Below are positions 1 to 5,634 of a stretch of DNA of 13,122 nucleotides, in pieces (the stretch's first letter is position 1; the number at the start of each line of letters is the position of its first letter). The stretch comes from Pseudomonadales bacterium (GTDB lineage Bacteria > Pseudomonadota > Gammaproteobacteria > Pseudomonadales > Azotimanducaceae). Below the pieces are notes generated by a model that made no database searches, was not told the DNA's origin, and saw only the letters and a list, made by a program, of their open reading frames with translations. The DNA lies in NCBI GenBank assembly GCA_036351515.1, contig JAZBPF010000334.1, positions 1 to 13,122 of the forward strand, read 5' to 3'. Both the position numbers and the translations under genes were made by a program.

Positions 1-1180
1 CCTTCTTCCGGGCGACCTTGCGCGCGGCCTGCACGCGGCGCTGGGCCGTGCGGATCGCGAGGTCCGCGATGCGCTCCGCCTCGTCCGTGTGCTGGTTGAG
101 CCAGAGACTGAAGGCGTCCCGCGCCACGCCGGAGACGAACGCCGCCGCCTGCCGGGAGGAGAGCCGCTCCTTCGTCTGCCCGGAGAACTGGGGCTCGTGC
201 ATCTTCGCAGAGAGCACGTAGGCGCAGCGGTCCCAGAGGTCCTCCGGGGAGATCTTCAGCCCCCGGGGCAGCAGGTTGCGCAGCTCGCAGAACTCCCGGA
301 GCGCTTCCGTGAGCCCCGTGCGCAGGCCTGCCACATGGGTCCCGCCCTGGGGCGTGGGAATCAGGTTCACGTAGCTCTCGGTGACGAGATCGCCGCCCTC
401 GGGGAGCCACTGCACGGCCCAGTCCACGGCCTCGTCGTTGCCCTCGCAGCCGTGACGGAAGGGCTCCGCGGGGAGTGTCTCGAACTCGCGCGTGGCCTCC
501 GTGAGGTAGTCGCGCAGGCCGTCCTCGTAGTACCAGGTGACTTCCTCGGGCTCGCGTCCGGTCCGGTCCCGGAACACCACCTCGAGGCCCGGGCAGAGCA
601 CCGCCTTCGCGCGCAGCAGGTGCTTCAGGCGCGAGACGGAGACGCGCGGCGAGTCGAAGTAGGCCGGATCGGGACGGAAGCGCACGCGCGTGCCCGTGTT
701 GCGCTTGCCGACGGTGCCCGTTACGGCGAGCTCGCCCGCGCGTTCGCCGTGCTCGAAGCGCATCTCGTGCACCTGGCCGTCGCGACGCACCTCCACCTCG
801 AGCCAGCTCGAGAGCGCGTTCACCACGGACACCCCGACGCCGTGCAGGCCACCGGAGAAGCGGTAGTTCTCGTCGGAGAACTTCCCGCCGGCGTGGAGCC
901 GCGTGAGGATCAGCTCGACGCCCGTGACGCCGTGCTCCGGATGGACGTCCACGGGCATGCCCCGGCCGTCGTCCTGCACCTCGACGACCTCGTCAGGAAG
1001 GAGCGAGACCTCGATGCGGCGAGCGTGCCCTGCGAGCGCCTCGTCGACGCTGTTGTCGACGACCTCCTGCACGAGGTGGTTCGGGCGGGCCGTGTCCGTG
1101 TACATCCCCGGGCGCTTGCGCACGGGCTCGAGCCCCGTCAGGACCTGGATCGCCTCGGAGGAATACGCTCGCTTGGTCAT
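1..1180 (-). CDS. parE: DNA topoisomerase IV subunit B (ParE), 5' portion; the gene runs off the window start
   Basis: Reverse-complement translation from the ATG at 1180..1178 gives [52 protein letters not shown]...[15 protein letters not shown]...[11 protein letters not shown]...[27 protein letters not shown]. This is collinear with E. coli ParE ([29 protein letters not shown]...) and carries the GHKL ATPase motifs. There is no in-frame stop before position 1, so about 393 codons are visible. Confidence 0.9.
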   Translation of the reverse strand, partial: [393 protein letters not shown]

Positions 1181-1200
1181 GGACCTCGTCGTCAGCTGGT

Positions 1201-1228
1201 GGCCTGCCGGCGTCGATGCAGGCAGGCC
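1201..1228 (-). promoter_or_regulatory. Perfect 8-bp inverted repeat (GGCCTGCC / GGCAGGCC, 12-nt spacer) in the parE 5' leader, 21-48 nt upstream of the ATG
   Basis: Read directly: ggcctgcc ggcgtcgatgca ggcaggcc. It sits in the 228-bp yqiB-parE gap. Whether it acts as an operator, attenuator or terminator is unknown. Confidence 0.2.
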
Positions 1229-1408
1229 CGGGGATGCGGGGAACCGATCGTGCCGCGGCGGTCGGGCGGCACCCGGTGCGGCGGCACCCCGAGCGGCGCG
1301 CCATGGTACCGCCCCCGTCGGCGTCCGAGCCACAGCGACGCCCGTCCACGCGACCGGGCGCGCGCTTCCGGCCTGCGCGACGGAATCCACCGCCGCCGGA
1401 GCTCGGGA

Positions 1409-1873
1409 TCAGTCGCGGTCGTCGATGCCCACGGGCAGCGCCTCGCGCCCGTGGTCGAGGCAGAGCGCGAGGTACTCGCCGAGGAAGGCGTTGAGCTGCG
1501 CCTTCTCGTCCGGATGGCGCATCTGCGCGTTCGGGTACTCGTAGCGCGACAGGAAGCGGTCCTGGCCCTGGTAGGCGAGCACCTCGGCGGTCCTGCAGTC
1601 GTGGTAGAGCCGCACGGAGATGCGCGGCGCCGGGATCATCGCGTGCCAGGAACCGCCGGCGCGGTCGAAGTGCACGAGGAGGGTCGTCGTGTAGGGGCTG
1701 CGCTCCACGACGCGGAAGAGGAGCACGCGCCCGTCGCCGCCGGGCAGCGGCAGCGTGACCGAGCGCAGGTCGCGCTCGAAGAGCTCCGGCAGCAGCTGGT
1801 GCATGCGCGCGTAGTTCGCGTCGCACTCGGCCATCTGCCGGGACAGGTCCACCCTGTAGCGCGTGCGCGCCAT
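1409..1873 (-). CDS. yqiB: DUF1249 family protein (YqiB-like), 154 aa
   Basis: An internal ATG at 1873..1871 is preceded by GAGGAG (cgacgagaggagcctgcATG). The product MARTRYRVDLSRQMAECDANYARMHQLLPELF... matches the YqiB/DUF1249 family found between nudF and cpdA in E. coli and Pseudomonas. The TGA stop is at 1411..1409. The 29-codon extension in the ORF track has no RBS. Confidence 0.8.
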   Translation of the reverse strand: MARTRYRVDLSRQMAECDANYARMHQLLPELFERDLRSVTLPLPGGDGRVLLFRVVERSPYTTTLLVHFDRAGGSWHAMIPAPRISVRLYHDCRTAEVLAYQGQDRFLSRYEYPNAQMRHPDEKAQLNAFLGEYLALCLDHGREALPVGIDDRD

Positions 1874-1957
1874 GCAGGCTCCTCTCGTCGCGCGACCCGC
1901 GGGCCGCCATGATGCCGCACGCTCCCGGACCGTGCCGGGGCGCGGCCGTGCTCCATT

Positions 1958-1996
1958 CACGGGAACGAAACACGATACGGACCGCGACGCGGTCCG
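1958..1996 (-). terminator. Putative intrinsic terminator downstream of nudF: a perfect 19-nt palindrome followed by a U-rich tract
   Basis: CGGACCGCG-A-CGCGGTCCG at 1978..1996 has 9-bp arms. On the minus strand it is followed directly by UAUCGUGUUUCGUU (reverse complement of 1958..1977). In 75% GC DNA this AT-rich stretch stands out. The element begins about 20 nt after the nudF stop. Confidence 0.4.
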
Positions 1997-2015
1997 GCGG
2001 CCACGCAGCTCCGCG

Positions 2016-2675
2016 TCAGCGGAGCCAGCGTGCCCGCAGGCTCTCCCGGTGCAGGGCGAGCCACTGGAGTCCGATTATAGCCGCCGCGTTGCGCACTTCG
2101 CCCGCGGCGAGGCCGGCCAGCGCGACCGACAGGTCGAGCACGTGCACCCGGATGTCCTCGTGCTCCTCCGGGAGCCCGTGGACGCCGTCGGCCTTCTCGC
2201 TGTCCACGCAGCCGACGTAGACGAGGATCTCCTCGGTGTTGCCGCCGGGACTCACCTGGTAGCGGTGGAGGAACTCGATCGGTCCGGGCCGCAGTCCCGC
2301 TTCCTCCTCCGCCTCGCGCCGCGCCACGTCCTCCGGCGCTTCCCCGGACTCCGCGATCCCGGCGACGAACTCCAGATGCCAGGGCGAGCCGGGCACGTCC
2401 AGGGCCCCGATGCGGAACTGCTCGATCATCACCACCCGGTCCCGCCAGGGATCGTAGGGCACGAGCACGACCGCCGGCCCCCGGACGAAGAGCTCCCGGC
2501 GCACCGGCTCGCTCCAGCCCCCCTCGAAGAGCCGGTGACGCACGCGGAGCACGTCCATGCGGAAGAAGCCGGCCCAGGCGGTCTCCCGCTCGAGCACCTC
2601 CACGTCCCCGGGCCCGAAGGCCAGCCGTGCGTCGAGCCCGGGCGCGTCCGGCGGGCGCCTGCCGCGATCTGTCAT
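2016..2675 (-). CDS. nudF: ADP-ribose pyrophosphatase (Nudix hydrolase NudF/AspP), 219 aa
   Basis: An internal ATG at 2675 is preceded by GGAAG. The product MTDRGRRPP...VEVLERETAWAGFFRMDVLRVRHRLFEGGWSEPVRRELFVRGPAVVLVPYDPWRDRVVMIEQFRIGA...GIAESGEAPEDVARREAEEEAGL...ILVYVG...GLPEEHEDIRVHV...NAAAIIGLQWLALH aligns along its full length with E. coli NudF, including the Nudix box GX5EX7REUXEEXGU. The 95-codon extension in the ORF track is a GC-rich artefact. Confidence 0.85.
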   Translation of the reverse strand: MTDRGRRPPDAPGLDARLAFGPGDVEVLERETAWAGFFRMDVLRVRHRLFEGGWSEPVRRELFVRGPAVVLVPYDPWRDRVVMIEQFRIGALDVPGSPWHLEFVAGIAESGEAPEDVARREAEEEAGLRPGPIEFLHRYQVSPGGNTEEILVYVGCVDSEKADGVHGLPEEHEDIRVHVLDLSVALAGLAAGEVRNAAAIIGLQWLALHRESLRARWLR

Positions 2676-2751
2676 GACGCTTCCATCGGCGGGACGGCCC
2701 CCGATTCTCCGGGCCGGGCCCGCGGCCCTGCAAGGCCCGGGATCCAGCGCC

Positions 2752-3510
2752 TCAGGCGTCGAAGGCGACGGCGACGCCACCCGTGAGCGCCAGACCGGCG
2801 AGGAAGAAGCCGAAGTGCCGCAGCGCCGCGAGCGGACGGGGCTCCGCCTTGATCTCCGGGATGAGGTCGGACGCGGCGATGTACACGAAGTTCCCGGCGC
2901 CGAAGAGCACGAGCCCCGCCACGTCCAGCTGCTGCGCCGCGAACCAGGCGAGGAGCGCACCGAGGGGGAAGGTCAGCGCCGAGAGGAAGTTGGCGAGGAG
3001 CGCCGTACGGCGGCGGAGCCCTCCGTGCACGAGCACGCCGAAGTCGCCGAGTTCCTGCGGCACCTCGTGGGCCAGCGCCGCGATCCAGGCGACGATGCCG
3101 GCGCGGGGGTCGAGGAGGAAGGTGCTGGCGATCGCGAGGCCGCCGAGGAAGTTGTGGAGCCCGTCGCCGAGGAGCACGAGCACCGTGACCGGCTGCGGCG
3201 TCGAGCGGCGCCCGTGCCCGTGATGCCAGTGCAGGAACTGCTCGAGGGCCAGAAAGACCGTGAAGCCGCAGACGGCCCAGAGGGCGGCGAGGGTCGGCGG
3301 GAGCGACCCGGCGGCGTTGGGCACCATGTGGAAGGCGGCGCCGCCGAGGAGGGAACCGGCCGCGAGCGCGACCAGGGGCAGGAGCAGCCGTTCCAGGAGC
3401 GCCGCCGGGAGCACCGCCGCCACGGCGCCGACCATGGCGACGGCGGCCATGAGCAGGCCACCGCCGAGGATCCAGGGAAGCGCCTCCGTGCCCGCCAGGG
3501 GATCCGTCAC
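2752..3510 (-). CDS. ZIP-family divalent metal (zinc) transporter, ZupT-like, 252 aa
   Basis: The protein is multi-pass and hydrophobic, with a His-rich loop (HWHHGHGRR) and the ZIP signature HEVPQELGDFGVL (compare HNIPEGLA in E. coli ZupT). The start codon is GTG at 3510, only 13 nt after the upstream stop and without a clear Shine-Dalgarno. An in-frame ATG at about 3450 is an alternative start. Confidence 0.75.
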   Translation of the reverse strand: MTDPLAGTEALPWILGGGLLMAAVAMVGAVAAVLPAALLERLLLPLVALAAGSLLGGAAFHMVPNAAGSLPPTLAALWAVCGFTVFLALEQFLHWHHGHGRRSTPQPVTVLVLLGDGLHNFLGGLAIASTFLLDPRAGIVAWIAALAHEVPQELGDFGVLVHGGLRRRTALLANFLSALTFPLGALLAWFAAQQLDVAGLVLFGAGNFVYIAASDLIPEIKAEPRPLAALRHFGFFLAGLALTGGVAVAFDA

Positions 3511-3523
3511 GACGCCGGTCGGA

Positions 3524-4579
3524 TCAGGTGACGGCCGGCTCGAGGAGCGAGAGCGTGCCCGCGTCCACGTCGAGGCGCGCCCGCACGCCGAGGGGCACCA
3601 CGGTCTGGTCCTCCACGTGGCCGATCATGAGCCCGCGGAGCGTCGGGATCCCGAGGGGCTCGCAGCGGTCCCGGAGCACCTCCTCGATGCTGAGGGTGTT
3701 GCCGTCGTAGTCCGCCTCCGTGAACTTGCCGAAGGCGATGCCCGCGACCCGCTCCAGGCGCCCGGAGAGCCAGAGGTGCGTGAGCATGCGGTCGACGCTG
3801 TAGGGCGGCTCGTCCACGTCCTCGAGGAACAGGATCGCGCCGTCGAAGTCCGGCTCGAAGGGCGTGCCCAGCAGGTGCACGAGGAGCGTGAGGTTGCCGC
3901 CCACGAGGGGCCCCTCGGCGCGCCCGGGGACGATGCGCGTGAGCCGGTTCTCGCGCTCCACGAAGCCCGGGCGGGCCTCGATCGGCGGCGGCGCCGCGAT
4001 CGCGCCGGCCTCGCCCGCCACGAGCACGCGCCGGTACTCCTCGTAGGTGTAGGGCGAGAAGTTCTGCCCCGCGATCGGGCCGTGGAAGGTGACGAGCCCC
4101 GTGCGGAGCCGGATCGCGTTGAGCAGCGCCGTGATGTCGCTGTAGCCGAGGAGGACCTTCGGGTTCGCGGCGATGGCGGCGTAGTCGAGGCGCGGCAGGA
4201 GCCGGGCGGAGCCGTAGCCGCCGCGCACGCAGAAGATCGCGTCCACGGCCGGATCGGCGAAGGCCGCGTTCAGGTCCGCGGCCCGCTCCGCGTCCGTGCC
4301 GGCCAGGTACTGGCGACGCCTGCGGAGGTTCGGGGACGGCCGGGCCTCGAAGCCGAGGGAACGCACGAGGTCCAGCGCCGCGTCCAGGTCCTCGTCCTCG
4401 GGGACGTTGCTCGCCGGGGTCACGAGCGCGACGGTCATGCCCGGCTCGAGGCGCGGAGGTCTCTTCGGGGGGAGCGGCGCGCGGCCGCCGGGGACGGCCG
4501 CGGCGGCGCGGGCCGGCACCGCGGGGGCGAGGGCGAGGGCGCCGGTGGCACCGAGGAAGCTGCGACGGGTCCAGGCCAT
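3524..4579 (-). CDS. Peptidase S66 family LD-carboxypeptidase (LdcA / MccF-like) with an N-terminal twin-arginine signal, 351 aa
   Basis: S66 hallmarks are present: ...GGYGSARLL..., the Ser nucleophile in LLGYSDITALL, the Glu in ILFLEDVDE and the His in GLMIGHVEDQ (the Ser-Glu-His triad of LdcA). The N-terminus MAWTRRSFLGATGALALAPAVPARA-AAA is a canonical Tat motif (T-R-R-x-F-L) with an AxA cleavage site, followed by a Pro-rich linker. Confidence 0.8.
   Translation of the reverse strand: MAWTRRSFLGATGALALAPAVPARAAAAVPGGRAPLPPKRPPRLEPGMTVALVTPASNVPEDEDLDAALDLVRSLGFEARPSPNLRRRRQYLAGTDAERAADLNAAFADPAVDAIFCVRGGYGSARLLPRLDYAAIAANPKVLLGYSDITALLNAIRLRTGLVTFHGPIAGQNFSPYTYEEYRRVLVAGEAGAIAAPPPIEARPGFVERENRLTRIVPGRAEGPLVGGNLTLLVHLLGTPFEPDFDGAILFLEDVDEPPYSVDRMLTHLWLSGRLERVAGIAFGKFTEADYDGNTLSIEEVLRDRCEPLGIPTLRGLMIGHVEDQTVVPLGVRARLDVDAGTLSLLEPAVT
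4505..4579 (-). other. Predicted Tat signal peptide of the S66 peptidase (residues 1 to about 25)
   Basis: TRRSFLGA twin-arginine consensus, a hydrophobic h-region ALALAPAVPA, and an ARA|AAA cleavage motif. Confidence 0.55.
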
Positions 4580-4671
4580 GGGCGGGCTCTGCTCCGGGCG
4601 GCGGCAGCCGCGACCCGGTCAGTGTGGCGCCGTCGGGGCCCGGCCGGAAGGGCGGGGCCGCCTGCGACGGC

Positions 4672-5604
4672 TCAGGCCACGGGCGTGAGCCACTCCGGAT
4701 GGGCCTCGCGACGGCCGGAGACCTGGTCGAAGTAGAGCTGCTGCAGCTGCGTGGTCACCGGACCGCGCACGCCGTCGCCGATGACCCGGCCGTCGAGTTC
4801 GCGGATCGGCAGCACCTCGGCGGCGGTCCCCGTGAAGAAGGCCTCGTCGGCGATGTAGACCTCGTCCCGCGTGATGCGGCGCTCGCGCACGGTCAGGCCG
4901 CTCTCCGCGGCGAGGGTCAGGATCGTCCGGCGCGTCACCCCGTCGAGGCAGGAGGTGAGTTCCGGGGTGTGCAGCACCCCGTCGCGGACGATGAAGACGT
5001 TCTCGCCGCTGCCCTCCGCCACGTAGCCCTCGTTGTCGAGGAGCAGCGCCTCCTCGGCGCCGGCCTCGAGGGCCTCGCGGAGGGCGAGCATGGAGTTGAT
5101 GTAGTTCCCGTTCGCCTTGGCCTTGCACATGGTGATGTTCACGTGGTGCCGCGTGTAGGACGAGGTCTTCACGCGGATCCCCCGGTCCCGGGCCTCGGGA
5201 TCCATGTACGAAGGCCAGGACCAGGCGGCGACGATGCAGTGCGTGGACAGACCCTCCGCCCGCAGGCCCATGCCCTCGGAGCCGAGGAAGCACATGGGGC
5301 GCAGGTACGCCTCGTCGAGGTCGTTGGCGCGCACCACGAGGCGCTGGGCCTCGTCGAGCTCCGCCGGCGTGAAGGGGATCTCCATGCGCAGGATGCGGGC
5401 GCTGTCGAAGAGGCGCCGGGTGTGCTCCGCGAGCCGGAAGATGGAGGCGCCCCGCGGGGTGGCGTAGGCACGCACGCCCTCGAAGACCCCGAGGCCGTAG
5501 TGGAGCGTGTGCGTGAGCACGTGCACGCGCGCGTCGCGCCAGGGCACGAGCTCCCCGTCGAACCAGATGACGCCGTCGCGATCGGCGAAGTCGGGTGTGG
5601 CCAC
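4672..5604 (-). CDS. ilvE: Branched-chain amino acid aminotransferase (IlvE), 310 aa
   Basis: The GTG start at 5604 is preceded by the strong RBS GGGAGGA (cccgggaggaacgagcgaGTG). The product MATPDFADRDGVIWFDGELVPWRDARVHVLTHTLHYGLGVFEGVRAY...TMCKAKANGNYINSMLA...EGSGENVFIVRDGVLHTP...GTAAEVLPIREL aligns end-to-end with E. coli IlvE, a PLP fold-type IV enzyme whose catalytic Lys lies in the (T/A)AKA motif. Confidence 0.9.
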   Translation of the reverse strand: MATPDFADRDGVIWFDGELVPWRDARVHVLTHTLHYGLGVFEGVRAYATPRGASIFRLAEHTRRLFDSARILRMEIPFTPAELDEAQRLVVRANDLDEAYLRPMCFLGSEGMGLRAEGLSTHCIVAAWSWPSYMDPEARDRGIRVKTSSYTRHHVNITMCKAKANGNYINSMLALREALEAGAEEALLLDNEGYVAEGSGENVFIVRDGVLHTPELTSCLDGVTRRTILTLAAESGLTVRERRITRDEVYIADEAFFTGTAAEVLPIRELDGRVIGDGVRGPVTTQLQQLYFDQVSGRREAHPEWLTPVA

Positions 5605-5634
5605 TCGCTCGTTCCTCCCGGGCGCGACGGCCCC

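Noticed and set aside
1296-1314. GGCGCGCCATGGTACC, adjacent AscI/NcoI/KpnI sites that look like a synthetic polylinker
   Set aside because: The stretch is short. GC-rich octamers such as GGCGCGCC are frequent at this composition. No vector-like flanks are present, so this is most likely chance.
89-1973. ORFs 89..1912 (+), 903..1544 (+), 993..1973 (-), 1216..1494 (+) and 1636..1956 (-) overlapping parE, yqiB and their gap
   Set aside because: They are antisense to parE and yqiB or off-frame with them. Their sequences are Arg/Pro-rich junk with no RBS. The parE and yqiB frames explain this DNA.
4580-4671. Possible terminator hairpin between ilvE and the S66 peptidase gene (GC-rich, CCGGCCGG core)
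   Set aside because: No clean stem longer than 5 bp and no U-tract were found. It is indistinguishable from background GC-rich sequence, so it was not called.
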